A stretch of 60,677 bases of DNA, the filler included, from Hausera hauseri (Eukaryota): assembly GCA_046269625.1 (NCBI GenBank). It is 13 parts of 13 records of this genome, joined end to end, with 100 filler letters (N's around TTAATTAATTAA, not from the genome) between each part and the next. Parts side by side here need not be neighbours in the genome. Positions count along the whole stretch, not along the records: positions 1 to 4,073 come from JBJURY010779759.1; positions 4,174 to 8,793 come from JBJURY010500908.1; positions 8,894 to 13,012 come from JBJURY010749653.1; positions 13,113 to 17,054 come from JBJURY010869960.1; 9 more parts are not named here. One strand, written 5' to 3'. Both the position numbers and the translations under genes were made by a program. The notes below the pieces were generated by a model. It saw only the letters and a list, made by a program, of their open reading frames with translations. It was not told where the DNA came from and did not search any database. Shown here in pieces: positions 1 through 13,152 of the stretch. How positions within the stretch are numbered: position 1 is the stretch's first letter; the number at the start of each line of letters is the position of its first letter.

Positions 1-59
1 GAAGATGGATTTTATCATATTTTTCATATTTTTGCAAGAGACGCAAAGTGGGTATATAC

Positions 60-700
60 AACGAATTGACTAGGAAAAGATCTTGCCCAATGTCTAAATT
101 CACAGTATTTTTCTGATGGCATTTCGTATAATGTGTTTGATACAGTGACCGAAACACATTGGCAGGTGAGTCACACAGGAATTTTCCGTCCTAAATCCAT
201 TGTATTTATGACACCAATGTTTACATCTTATCATTAACTTTGAATTATTCAGGTTCAGAAGCCATTCTAAACTAGTTACCGCTAAATAGTGGTAATTTTC
301 GTCTTTCTCAACCAAAAGCAAATTAACCAAGGTACCATTTTCATTACAAGACCTATATACTATATCGATAAAGGGATTTTTGATCGCCAGTGTCAAAAGC
401 CACACCAATCTCATCATGAAATAAGAATATATTGATGGATAAATGCGGATTCTGACGCTCAGATTTCGAAATATTAACCAATTTCATTGGCATTTCCTCT
501 AAATCATGTGTTAATTCACCTAAAAACGTGATGTAGTTATTAACCCTATGTCTATGATCCTTTATTTGTGAGTATTTTAAAACAGCTAAAATGCTGTATA
601 GAAAATATGAATTGTCATAATTGTGCACGTTAACTACAGCTTTTGAACGACATAAAACTTCCGTTGAGCAAATATATAGGATCTTCCATTCTAGTAAGAC
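60..700 (-). pseudogene. Degenerate N-terminal part of a Polinton/Maverick PolB polyprotein, more divergent than the other three copies
   Basis: VVNVHNYDNSYFLYSILA...LSINIF...VNLLLV...HY.AVTSLEWLL...CHK.NGF...HLPMC parallels CINVLNDDNKCFMYAIL...SINVIG...DLLLL...HYIWIK in the 13-17 kb copy; frameshifted. Confidence 0.65.
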
Positions 701-1071
701 AAGGAACTTACCCTAATTAATTGGCAGCAAAACTCTAAAACTTTGATCAGTGTAATGCTTTACCTTACAATTAAAGCACGGATTCCCCTATTCAATGATA
801 ATAACAACAATTTAACCTATTCCCCAATACAAAACTTTTCAAAAATATCAAACAATAAATCATAATCACGAATTCACTGAAGAAGTGACCACCACTTGTG
901 AACAATAACAAAACTCTGTAGAGTTGAACCCGTTGGTTTAAATCCGAAAATCAAAAAATTACTTAAGTATTTGAAAAAAGAAGTTGCAATACGCAAAACA
1001 TCAACCAGACAGCAAGAAACGCCGAAATGATAATCTCAAACCAAAGACAGAAAGACATCGCAGCAAAATAG

Positions 1072-1506
1072 ATGGGGTCAGCAAAAAGGCTCGGTGAGCC
1101 GATCATCCGAGAGCACGACATGGAAGCTGCATCGATGCTTTCGACGACATATGCTCGATTCAATGAAGTTATAGTCTGTTGGAATAAGAAGACAGCCGAG
1201 TCCAGGGTTTCCTTTAAAAACACAGAACACGGTAGTCATCTCGTTAAAGAAATCATCGACTCCATTCCGGGGTACCAAATCTCTAAAGTATTCAACCCGC
1301 GCACGCCGAAGACTAGGCACAGATGGACAGCCTTGCTTCAGCCTGTGAACCAGCCTCTAGAGACAGCCCATGCACTACTCGGTGGAATGCCGACACACGC
1401 CGAAGACTACGACGCGCCCACGATCTATAAGCTCCGTACCGGTCCTCTTCGCATTACCGAACGATACGTGAGCTGCTGCAGCATAGCCGTTTCGTACGGT
1501 ACTTGA
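1072..1506 (+). CDS. 144-aa ORF of unknown function; N-terminal part weakly piggyBac-transposase-like
   Basis: Open GC-richer frame; HDMEAASMLSTTY...CWNKKT loosely resembles the piggyBac W-x-D...MLST...RWxKK segment. Confidence 0.25.
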   Translation: MGSAKRLGEPIIREHDMEAASMLSTTYARFNEVIVCWNKKTAESRVSFKNTEHGSHLVKEIIDSIPGYQISKVFNPRTPKTRHRWTALLQPVNQPLETAHALLGGMPTHAEDYDAPTIYKLRTGPLRITERYVSCCSIAVSYGT

Positions 1507-2827
1507 CGACATTGTCGAGTGACGACCTCTACACTCTTCCTACTGCCACCCTAGACCAGTTTTATGCCGACGGAGTATTTATTGTGATATTGAATGTCGA
1601 AGATTATTAGATTAAGTATCTCATATGTAGCGCCAAATGGATAAAATTGCATCTACATAAAACTGACCTATTGGTGCCACACTCGACTGAAACTGGCCTA
1701 GTGCACCGGCACTTTTGACATCACATAATTTGTTACAAAGAAGACTTTTTATAATCACCAAATATTGGATTATCCCTGTAGTATAAAAATATCGGCATTT
1801 TTTGACGTACGTTTTCGCCAACATTTACTACAAAGCAAATGTTTCGGGACCATATTCGCTTTTCACTATACCGAACAAATAAGTATTTTCGTGATAAAGT
1901 TTTATTCATGAAAGATAAATCGACGAATGACAGGAAAAATAGGACCGATGAATAAGTCTGTATTACCAAAAATTATGTTTCAGAATATTGATCAACAATA
2001 TGGAAATGTTATTGTGAAAGTTATGTACCTTCTTAAAACAATTTCCTGATAAAAATTTTTTAAGGCCAGTGACCTCGACTATGGTTCCTTTCCTTGGAAA
2101 CCTTTAATCGACAATAAGTGAGAACGATCAGCTGCCGGGGTTCGGGGATGCAAGGGAAATCATCGACCTTGTTTAATATTTCCTTGCGGTGGCCACGGTA
2201 GGTAAAAAGCGCATCATCTGTGTGATTCGTTGAAGATATCGGTTTCATTAACTAAACGTCTTAGCCAATTTAAATGGTTATAATAATCAAAAACTTTAAC
2301 CAGACTTTGTTGGTGCGTTGAAATGTTAAATTTTGTATTTCTCCGCACCAACATAGTGATATTGTATTCTGGTAAATTACGATGTCTGGAATACATTGTG
2401 AATGACGATCTATTCTTTTATTTAGTTCTTTATCGTAGGTTTTCAAAATAAAAGTTGAATTATGTAGTAAAAAATATATTTCTTAACATTCAAAAAAATT
2501 TCTACTTTTCATTCTTAGTTTTCGTTACCTTAAAACAAAACTATATATACAAAAAAATACAAAACTTGGCGTCCCGCTCCTGCTCGCGGAACCCCACCAC
2601 GGTCGCTCAAATATCGCTATTCATATCATACATTTCAATAAAGAAATATTTTTCTGGATTTTAATTCAATTCATTTTCAAAAATTCATCCTCAGAAAAAC
2701 AATTCAATTCCTATATGCAATTTTTTATGTTCGTTGAAAACATTTTTCATAAAACTAAATGCTACAGATTTGATGGTGATATTGCTTTAATGAACATTCC
2801 GAAATATATTAAAGATGATGACACTAC

Positions 2828-4073
2828 AATACCCCCCTCGTGACAAGGTCAGAATTCTAAGGATAAAAAGAAATAGTAAGCGAACGTAGAACGAAATAGT
2901 TTGAGCTAACTATGTGACCTTTGTATGTACAAGTCGTTGTATTCCATCAGCATTGAGCACTTTACTATAGGTACTGAACGTGACCGATTTGTATTTTTTT
3001 GTATTGTTAAATCTGGTTGACAAATTGGTGGAGGCAGAACTATGTCAGATGTCGTAGTTGAATTTGGTGTACTGTTCAGAGACGAAGAAGGACTGGAGGT
3101 GAGAATGTAGTAGAAAGAGGAGGAAAAATTTGGAGATTAGTGGAAGGAGTTTGAGGAGTAAATTCTAGTAACGGGGTAGGTGCAGATGCAGGAGCAGAAA
3201 CAGAAGGAAATGTAGGAGTCAGAAAATTTGTCGAAGTTTTGATTGGAGAAGTGTCATCCACAAAAAAGGCAGGTTTCACATTATTTATATGGACTGCTTA
3301 TTCCTTTCCATCCTTAAGGATTATCGCGTTGTGGTAGTGCAGTTGAATTAGCTTATAGGGTCCTAGATACTACGGTTTAAAACCACAAGGTGTTTGATTA
3401 CATAACCAAACGAACTTTGCAGAATACAAATTGTCGGGCAAATATGTTTTATTGTTATGTAGTATTCTACAGAACGAGTCTTTACTGACTTCAATGAAAT
3501 GGTCCTGTGCAGCTTTAATCTTTTCATCTGTAGGCGTATTATCTAGTGCGGTTAACTCGAACAAGGAGCAAACAGGTGTTTTAAATAATGCTTCGGTAGG
3601 TCAGCATCCTGTGGACGTGGATGGTGTGTTACGCCAACCGGTCAGAACCAAAGGAAGAACAGTCCAATTACTGTTGGATTTAGCGAGGATCTTTAGCGAA
3701 ATTTTTAGTGTTCTGTGGAATCTCTCAATAAGACTGTTTGATATTGGATGATAAGGCATAGTGTGTATATGACGGATTCCAAATCTATTGAAGAGTGATT
3801 TGAATAGGTTGGACTCGAATTGGAGGTCTTGGTCCGAAATGATAAATCTAGGAGATCCGAACCTGCTGATCCAAGTGCCGATGAAAACTTCGGCTATATT
3901 ATCCGTGTTAGTGCTTCGTAGAGGGACAGCTTCTGGCCAACGTGAGGTGCGATCCATTATGGTCAAAATGAATTGATGACCGTTGTCAAGAGGAATAGGA
4001 CCGACGATATCTATATGTACGGACTCGAAGCGTGATGTGCAAGGGAAATGATATAGTGGTGGCTTTAGATGTT
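2828..4073 (-). mobile_element. Gypsy LTR retrotransposon 3' end: degenerate integrase, PPT and start of 3' LTR at 2828
   Basis: VHIDIVGP, MDRTSRWPEAVP, ISDQDLQFES, YHPISNSLIERFHRTLK and GPY motif; PPT GAGGGGGG then TGTAGTG. Confidence 0.92.
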
Positions 4074-4173
4074 NNNNNNNNNNNNNNNNNNNNNNNNNNN
4101 NNNNNNNNNNNNNNNNNTTAATTAATTAANNNNNNNNNNNNNNNNNNNNNNNNNNNNNNNNNNNNNNNNNNNN
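4074..4173. other. Artificial contig linker (N-run + TTAATTAATTAA + N-run, 100 bp). Also at 8794-8893, 13013-13112, 17055-17154, 23083-23182, 27451-27550, 32292-32391, 36504-36603, 40717-40816, 44875-44974, 50170-50269, 55551-55650
   Basis: Twelve identical 100-bp blocks with a six-frame stop core, the usual pseudomolecule spacer. Confidence 0.98.
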
Positions 4174-4323
4174 TACTAAATAAATGTGTTATGAAATTAG
4201 TTGGTCTTAACCTATATAGTAGTTACTTAGTTTTACTTGGCCTTATCCTACATCCCACATTACTTGATCAAGAAGACAAGACGATATTTCTATACAAGAT
4301 TTATTAACAATGAATTACAATAT

Positions 4324-6828
4324 TTACAATTCCACATGTCCGTGAGGTAGTGTGTAGATTCCATCGCTCAGGATCTGCCTCTTGTCATCCACCCAATCTA
4401 GGCTTTGCTTCTGTAATATTACTGTATGAATGTTATAATCCCTAGATTGGATCCTTCTCATTTGCAATATGATGTGAGTCTGCTCCTGCAGAACTCTCGC
4501 ATAGTCCTCCAAACTGATATTATTGGCCAATGTAGCCCTTTGAACCCCCTTGGCTCTCTTTTTGATCTGGCCACATACGTCTAGAGCATACATTTTGGAT
4601 CTGGGGCCTACAAATCTCGAGATGATTGCTCCATTTACCTCGTCTTTGAATTTCCGTAGGACTTTATTATTGACAATTGAATAGTTGGGATGTTCCTTTG
4701 GATAGTCGAGGTATGCATATGTTGGGCTAATTAGGCAAAGTCCTGATAAATATCATCTGTATGAATCTGATAGATGAAACTATCAGTATTCATATACATC
4801 AGCTACATGGACTTGAACTTGGAGACCATGATGTCATAATGGAATTTGTACGTCAAGGTCTTTGATAGATCTAATATTGCCATACCCACATATATGGGCT
4901 TGTTGAATACTAATGCTGTTTTCATCATATGGATTCCTACCAAGTTCTCCGTATACATGGTGCTGCTGTGGAAGTTAGGCTTGGCAATGAACTTCATTCC
5001 CCGCTTCCAGTCATATAGTAGCTCGATGTTGATCCTATTGTGTATATTCTTCATGGTCTTGTCAAAAACGCTGTTGTTATATAGTTTGAATTGATCCTTT
5101 ACAAAGTCGTTCTTGGCATTGGTCCGCAGCTTAGTATTAAGATCTATGTATGTCTGCAGCCACATGGACTGGCTAAACTGCACGGCTCTATGGATCTTAG
5201 TAATACGAAGTCCATATCTAACTGCCTGCTGGAGATTGATATAATGAACTACATACCTCTTCCTATTATCCAGATGACAGAGTAGCTTTCTCTGCTTTCC
5301 ATGGGGCGGAGGCTTGCTCTCAGGGAAGAAAGACAGTTGTTGATGCCCTGTGTGGATAGAAGCCGGATATTCCATATCTACCTCCGCTATGTATCCCGTA
5401 TCTTCAGTGGGATCCAGGTCCAATATAGGGATGTTTTCAGGATTCTTGACCCATTTGAAGTTATCATGTGGCAATGGGGCGCTCATTGCCCAACCGTACA
5501 AGTTGCTGGCATTTAGGTATGATATATATGACGATTCCTTTGTTGAGTCGTATTCGGCCATACACTTGTTGTTGGCCTCGCTGTACCGGTGGATGGCCTG
5601 GCATATTCCACCTCTAATGCCTCTGTCAATCATGAGGATCATTTTGTAATTCTTTATGATCTGCAGCCTAATACTAGTATAGTGCAGCATTGCTGCCCAA
5701 CTCATCCCTGCAGCCGTAAAAAATAAGCTGGATCCAATGCCTGGCTCTTCATTGTAACATCCATGAAACTCTCAAAGACATCTGTCAGCAGCAGCACGTC
5801 CGTCTTGAGGTAAATATCACTGTATTCCCCTATTGTTCTGCATTGAAATGCATGCCAGACGTTCTGAGCATGCTGCTAGTCCTCATTACTGATATCACAG
5901 TCCGATAGCTGGCTATAAAAGCCATCCTTGGGCGGTAATGAGGCTTCATCCAGTGTTTCCCATGAAGTTATGTAGTCATAAGGAAACACTCCTTGCCTCT
6001 TAACCAGGTCAAATGTAGTGGGGAAGAATCGCTTCATCTCCTTGAGTTCTTCTGCTGGGAGGTTCTTTACTAAACTATCCAGTAAAGACAACATGAAGCG
6101 AAAACTCTCTATGAAGCGAAGTCAGATTTTACCAACATGCTTCGTAAATGTGATATACTTCTCCTCACTGTTTGGATTACATTTATATTGCCATCAATGT
6201 TGCCTAATCCTCGGACTATGAAATGTGAGTCATAGCCACTGAGATTGTGGAACACTACATGCACATATGTGCAAGTTTTGCAACGCAGATTGCAGTTGTT
6301 GCATGTTTCCCTCGATATGCACCTGTAAAATGGCAGTGATTTTTGACTTTCCAATTTTCCTTGGTGAATGACTTGTCGCACAAGTAACATGCTGTTACCC
6401 TGTACCATTCATCGTCTTGTTTCCACGATATGCTCATTGTATCCTTATGCTGCTGAAGCATGGTTTCAAGCCTATGAGCCATGTCTTCAAGCCTCTTCAT
6501 AAAATGTGCTGCTGCACCTAGACCTCTGAATAGAAATGGTTCACTGTCCAATCCTTTGGCATACATGCAATATGATGAGAGTTTATGATCTTGGTATGCC
6601 GTTGTGCTACTATGTTGAGGACTGGGACTGCAACTCTGAACTGGCCTGACAATAGCTTCAAATTCGCAATAGACGACAATTGGGACCTTCAGCTTCTTCT
6701 CGACCTCCTTGAATTTAATATAGTCCTCCTTGGGGAATTCTGGCCTGATACAATAATCGTTACTGCAGTACATATTGTGCTCTACAAGCCTGCCCACTGC
6801 TGTATCACCGCTGAAATGAGATATGCAT
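4324..6828 (-). pseudogene. Polinton/Maverick protein-primed family-B DNA polymerase (copy A), 5'-truncated, with stops and frameshifts
   Basis: ExoI VYCEFEA, ExoII FHNLSGYDSHF, EndoVII-like CYLC...HCHFTG, polymerase motifs YLNASNLYGWAMS, KLYNNSVF, YMNTDS, C-terminal DDKR...TLPHGH. Confidence 0.93.
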
Positions 6829-8793
6829 TGTAATTATCTATCATTTTGTTTTTTTGAAACAATGGAATGTCATTTGAATTGGCAATTTCTGTTGTCATAC
6901 TCTCTTAACTATTCCGGAAGTGATGTTTGACCGATAGATTCTCATTTAAACTTTCTTTCAGTCAAACATTATTCGACGGATTACGGACGTGATGGGATTG
7001 GATTTGATACAAATTGAAATGGGGTAAATAGTTTTTCGTATGACTGTTAGAAACCGCTGTACAGTTGGATAAGGCTATGTCATTATCGGCAAAGAATATT
7101 GGCAAATTATTCTCTGATTCTATGCACAAAGAATCGGAATTTAATAGAACCGTTGGTGTGTTAGTATCTCCAAATTATTAATGAAGAACGTAGGAATTTC
7201 TGGTCTGGGAATTTTGGGAGTACGACAAGAATGTATCGAACCGAATGATAATAACCCGTCGACGGCTAATTCCTCCAATGATTTTTGTAAATCCATTTAA
7301 TCAAAGAAATATAAACAATTAGCAAAAATAACTACATAATCGTACTGTCCTAGAATGAAAAGTCTATAATTTTCAAAATTCCACCAAATGTCTTTATATT
7401 TAAACAAAAAGGTTTTACATAAAAATGTTTCGCATGGAAATCATCGATTGGGTGAATGTGGGCACCACATCACCCCCCCCCGTGGCAAAATTAGTTTTGC
7501 CAGGCAAGACCCAACGTCAGTCTTCTGGTGACCAACACGTCGGTGGATTGTGACCGAGAAGAAATACGTTCGGCAGGAATTCTTCGACTTCTCTCCAATA
7601 GGACGAAGCAATGTCGATGAAGCTCGCAATGGCAGCGCCGTATATTTCGGTACTGCCACGTGATGCAATGGACATAGTTAAAAACAGTGCACGGTCCTTT
7701 TCTTTCCACCTGACTTGGAGATTTTGTGAATAACGATCTAATGAACTTTGGATATAGACCACAAAATGTTCCATAATTTCTCACTGGATGAGCTTACAAA
7801 GTGTTTTGATTAAATCACATGCCAGTTTCAGACGTATGTATGCATTGGATCCGTAAATATCCCGACAAATATATTCTGGTGAGTAAGTACAATGAGAATT
7901 GTTTGAACAATTGTCGGTTTTTAGAATTTTATTCAGTGGTCGATCAAACGACGAATCACTGTCATTACAGTCGGATTTACGAAAACATTTGTAAGATTTG
8001 TGAGAAGGCAAATAGCTTGGGCTATGAGATTTGTGAAACAGACCTGTTTGTTTAAGTTGTGATTATTTGAATTTCTTAGTATTATTCGACTCGACGGGAG
8101 CGGCACTGAAAGTATCCGATGTATCGACTGCGTCGTCAATGGAGAAGAAAAATAACTCCTGGATTTCGCCAAGATGCAGATAACGAATATAAAACTCCGA
8201 TTGTTATTCTTTGACTGTGAGGCAACTAGTCTCTCCTGGGTTAACCGGTTGATGGAAGACGGTTGGTCCTAATAGATCCGTGACCGTTATGCAATGTTGA
8301 GCCTCTTCTCGCTGTATGGCAACTGCACACAGGTGGGGGATTCTGAAAGTCCATGGCGTTGTCATTAAAGAACCTTTGAATGATAAAGTCTATTGACGGT
8401 TCAGTGAGCTTAAGAATGGCATTATAAAGTTGAGCATATTGATTGGTGTGGTGAAGAATGTCGATGATATTTGTTAATTTAGTTTAGACAGAAGCAGGTA
8501 AATGAAAAAACAGGCTATTGGCTTTGGATAAGGAATTAACGACGTTTTGTGATTTGGGCCTCAATTGATGAAGTTTAACCATGTTTGGGTAGAATTTTGG
8601 CTATTGAGGAAGTATTCTGTGCAGAGTAAATGCGTGGGGAGTGTGTTCTGTGTTGAAGTAATTGAAACACTTTGTTTGGGTAAGTAAGTGATAGAGATCG
8701 GTGGTTTGGTGGGTTTGTCCGTGGTATCAATAATGGGTGATGAATCCATGCCACCACAGATACGAAGTGTATGTAAAGGTAGGTATAGGATGA
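6829..8793 (-). mobile_element. Internally deleted Gypsy element: gag remnant about 8250-8790, PPT 7471-7481, putative 3' LTR 7469-6829 abutting PolB copy A
   Basis: 8400-8750 translates to CTEYFLNSQNSTQTWL...KANSLFFHLP...YAQLYNAIL...SIDFIIQRFFND, matching the gag at 20879; G-run PPT then TGTGGTGCC; ...ATTACA at 6829 where PolB resumes. Confidence 0.65.
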
Positions 8794-9449
8794 NNNNNNN
8801 NNNNNNNNNNNNNNNNNNNNNNNNNNNNNNNNNNNNNTTAATTAATTAANNNNNNNNNNNNNNNNNNNNNNNNNNNNNNNNNNNNNNNNNNNNAGAAAAA
8901 TAGAGGCTAATTATTAACTTTTTTATTTAAAATTCAAAATTGATTGTAAATCCAATATACAAATTTATATCTTTGCTTACAACGCTAATCAGAATTATAG
9001 CAACAAAGTGCAAAAATTCAAGAAACAAAAAATCAACAAGACATAAAACAACCAAATGGTGCAAGGGAACATTGTGAAAGTGTAAAATTACGTTGAATTT
9101 GATTCGAAACAAAATTTTATTTATGTCCTGCTGAAAAGAAATATTGTAGATGCGTGAGATGACGTAACGATATAATGAAACGATGTTGTAAATATACTGA
9201 TTAGCAATTCATTTGGTTTTGGAGAAGTTTTGATGATTCAACAAAATGATAGTCCTTCACCGTTTGATTTGATAGACGATTTGATAGACGATCCTAAACG
9301 AGTCACATGTCGGCGAGATTGCAATTCCCGCTTAAAGTTGAATTTTCGCCTCTGAGGAAACGAGCTGTGCCCGCGACCGCAGTACCACAATGGATGATCA
9401 CCAAATTCTGAATATTCGGTGTCCATTCGAAATAACTACATTTCTACGA

Positions 9450-10260
9450 AGTTAAGTTCATCCGAAAGTCGTTGCAGATTTCATCAGTTGTCGAAATTGA
9501 GCATTTAATATCACTGTATTGAGGTGCTATCTGAAATATCTCTCACTGCATAATCTTAATTTTCTCGAAGCCATTGATGTATTTGTTAAAAGCTTCAAAA
9601 TTCCAGAGAATTCAGCAAAAACCGATTTTCTCATTAGTCAATTTGCTCATTATTATATTAAACATATTCAGAAGTGTCCTAGCATGGATACTGCCACCTT
9701 AGTTGGTTTGGGACGTATCATGATTTTACTGCAATCAGTAGTGTCCAAATGCAGATCATCTTTGTTGGCTTTCGGATCAATGTCTTGCTGATTTTGTAAA
9801 ACAAGTTTAGTATTGCTTTAAAGGCCAAGAACTACCGTATAGTATGGAAACATTACAGAAAATGTATATATTCCTTACTCGGTCTGGTCAAAGTCCAGAT
9901 GATGCCGCCAGTAAACTTGTCAGTAAAATCGAAAATATCGAAGAACCGAAATCGAAATCCTGTTACAATCCAAAAAGTGGGAAAGTCGCCGTTGGTAATG
10001 CACATTTCTTGCAGCCATATCGACGTTTGACATATTTCTGTTATGTTCAACAGACGGACAGGCCAAGCAAACGGTTGAAAAAGTATGAGCATTTACGCAG
10101 CATTTTCATTTTCAATGATTCGTTAATTATTATTAAGCGACTACCAAAAAATTTAACACGGTCCATAATGCATTTTCGAACCGACGCGAAATTTCAGTGC
10201 AAATCTATCATCAGTCTTCTGAATTACCGTATCGAGAAAGTCATCGGAACTGGTAATTTG
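9450..10260 (+). pseudogene. IQSEC: IQSEC/BRAG-like ARF-GEF fragment (Sec7 + PH), intronless and disrupted
   Basis: Sec7-like LEAIDVFVKSFKIPENSAKTDFLISQFAHYY...ILLQ; IQSEC-type PH start QPYRRLTYFC...HLRSIFIFNDSLII; in-frame stops and a frameshift near 9790. Confidence 0.75.
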
Positions 10261-10879
10261 GATTTTCTGAATGTTATGTCATTTTTCGACAACTTCAGTC
10301 GTCGATTACCGTATTTTAGCGAATTTAAGCCACGAACTATTCGATTTGGGCAATCATTTTCCTACATACCAAGAGATTTTCCCACCACAGTTATTCGAAA
10401 AGAACTAAAATTAAAGCGACGGACTGCTTCGCCAGACATAAAATATTTTGTTTTTCATAAATTCTCTTTTTGGGTAAGTTCGAACTTGAAAATCTCCCTC
10501 TCCCCTGAAATATTTCTCCGTCAGATTTTTCACTTTTATAGTGATTATGATACCGGGCAAAATAAATTACCTGTTGTTCGTGAAAAACAGCCAAACATTT
10601 TATCCGGTAATTTGACAAATACGGACCGTATAATCTCTGAACTTTGGACGCAGCGCTAGTTCAATTTGCAGAAATTCAGTGAATACTACAGATGGAGTAA
10701 TATTAATTAAAACATCAATTAGATTGATTGATGTGAATCAGACTTATTCGAGCCAAACAGCGGCCCATCGCAAAAAACGTTACGTGCAAACTTTATTGTT
10801 AGAACTAAATGAGCAAGTTGGGTAATCCGATCGGTACCTATTGTGTGATGTGTATATAGGTGTGTATGTATTGAATGTA

Positions 10880-12379
10880 CCCGCCCTCGCAAAAGTCAGC
10901 AGTCAAGTATGAAATTGACATACTTTGGTATAATTATACAGGTACAATACAATCGAACGATGGTATGCAGTGTTATATAATAAATCAGTATTTTGTAGCA
11001 TTACCTTTCATACGGATCACCATTCGAACTCGTTTTGGCATGGAGTCATTATACATAAACACACAGACACGCATGTCAAGCTTACGGAGGGAGAGTGTGT
11101 GTTAACGTATAACCAAATTCAAGAAACAAAAATAAACTGCTTACTCACGCAGTGTGTGTATGTGTTAACGTGTTAAAGGAAATTCAAGAAGACAGAAAGA
11201 CTAATTACTCATGCAAACAAAGCATTGACATTACTGCATCGTGTCATTGAAGTACACAAGCTATTCATTTTTATTTACAATGCCTCATCGTAAGGAGCTT
11301 ACCGACTTCGAGAAGGGCGTCATCAATGGCTGTTATTAGTCGGGAAAGAGCCAGAGTGAAACGGTCAGCCTGACAGGTCATCCCAAAAGTACAATGGACA
11401 AGTTCCTCAGAAATTATCGGCAGACGGACGCATGTGAACAAGCCACGATCAGGTCGTCCAAGAATACTTACCAGTCGTGCAGAAAGGCAACTTGAGACTT
11501 GTGACAGCACATCGTCGCACAACGTTATCAAATATAACATCTGCCTTCAGTGTGAGCCCTGCAGGATTAGCATTGCCACCGCTGGGCGTGTATTACATCG
11601 TCATGGGTTTTTCGGCAGATTCTGTTCCAGGAAGCCATTAATTACGGAGAATAATCGAAAACGTTGCCTGAGATGGTGCCTGGAAAGACGGAATTGGACT
11701 GCTGAGCAGTGGCGCTCAGTAATTTGGAGTGATGAGTCGCGTTTTACGCTTTTCAAGCCTGATTGACGAGAGACCTGTTTTCGGCGTGTAGGAAGAGGTT
11801 CTACCCTAAGTGCATTCAGCCTACTATGAAACACGTCGGAGGCTGAATCATGTTTTGGAGCTATTTCACAAGCAGTGAAACCGGACATCTGGTTAAATTC
11901 AGCAGCCACATGGCTTCAACAGAGTACCGCGAAATCCTGGATAATGAGTTAGTACTCTTTCTTCCTGAATTGGCGGGACTCGCTTTCCAACAGTATAACT
12001 CACCCGTACACACCTTACATGCCATGACAGTATTTCTCCAGGACCATTGAATTTGGGTATTGGATTGGGTTTCTCAACGCTTTGACCTCAATCCTATCGA
12101 GTTCCTGTGGGACGTGGTTAGTCACAAGGTTCGCAAAAGGTCTCCAGCTGCTCGAAATTTGGTTAAGGTGGAATGCCACTTGCACGAGGAATGGTCACGA
12201 ATCTCTCCAGAATTTCTTCTCCGCTTGGTAGTTTATGCCAAAATGAGTTCGAATGGTTATACGTATGAGTGGTAATGCCACAAAATACTGATTTATTATA
12301 TAAAACTGTATTGTATCTGTATAATTATACCAAAGTATGCCAATTTCATATTTGACTGCTGACTTTTGCCAGGGCGGGG
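10880..12379 (+). mobile_element. Full-length Tc1/mariner DNA transposon with roughly 150-160 bp TIRs and TA target duplication
   Basis: TIRs 10880-11042 and about 12235-12379 (CCCGCCCT.GCAAAAGTCAGCAGTCAA...); TA at 10878-10879 and 12380-12381. Confidence 0.95.
11280..12291 (+). pseudogene. Tc1 DD34E-type transposase, disrupted
   Basis: MPHRKELTDFEKG, RSGRPR, KPLIT, W.SVIWSDESRF, FQQYNSPVH (catalytic D mutated), DLNPIE, ...NATKY*; several stops and frameshifts. Confidence 0.93.
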
Positions 12380-13152
12380 TAGTTGTAGAAGTGTGCTTCT
12401 TATATACATGGGCATACGTTAGTAATAGGTGATGTTTGCGAAACAGTTAAGCTCCATGATTAACGATAGAAAAGATGGAAATATGTCGTTAGACAAAAAT
12501 TGCAGATATGTATATTTGGTAGCATTCGCCTAGAGGATAATAATTGCTTTTTTGCACACCTTTCGTCCACTTATAGTTGATTTTTCAGGAACAAAAACCA
12601 TAATTATTTCTTGAGCTATAGTATGAATAATTACCATTAAGCAGTAATCATTGTAAGAATTTTGTTGAGCCAGTTATTGAAGCTCATTCTAAAATATATA
12701 ATCAATTTGGGGTCAATTTTCAACAGATTTACTGGTATTTGTACCACTTTCTTTAGAGACTTATAAAAAATTTATTGATTTAATGTGATCTATAATTTTA
12801 CCTTTTTAAGTGTCCTTCATTATATAATGGATTTTCGGCGAGTAACACGTAGAGAAGAGCCAACTGTGTTACAGTTGGGGTGGCCCCTATCTTCTCCCAC
12901 TATAACAATATTAGATTCAACTTATATTCGCTCTATGAGCAGGTTAGGATTACTCGTTCTCGAGTAATCTGCTTGTGCCTTAAAAATTTAAATACGTTAA
13001 CTGTATACTGCGNNNNNNNNNNNNNNNNNNNNNNNNNNNNNNNNNNNNNNNNNNNNTTAATTAATTAANNNNNNNNNNNNNNNNNNNNNNNNNNNNNNNN
13101 NNNNNNNNNNNNCAACATTTATTAAACAAAAAATAACAATGAATAACAATAT

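Noticed and set aside
2567-2590. TGGCGTCCC as a primer-binding site
   Set aside because: Wrong strand for the adjacent element, with no gag downstream.
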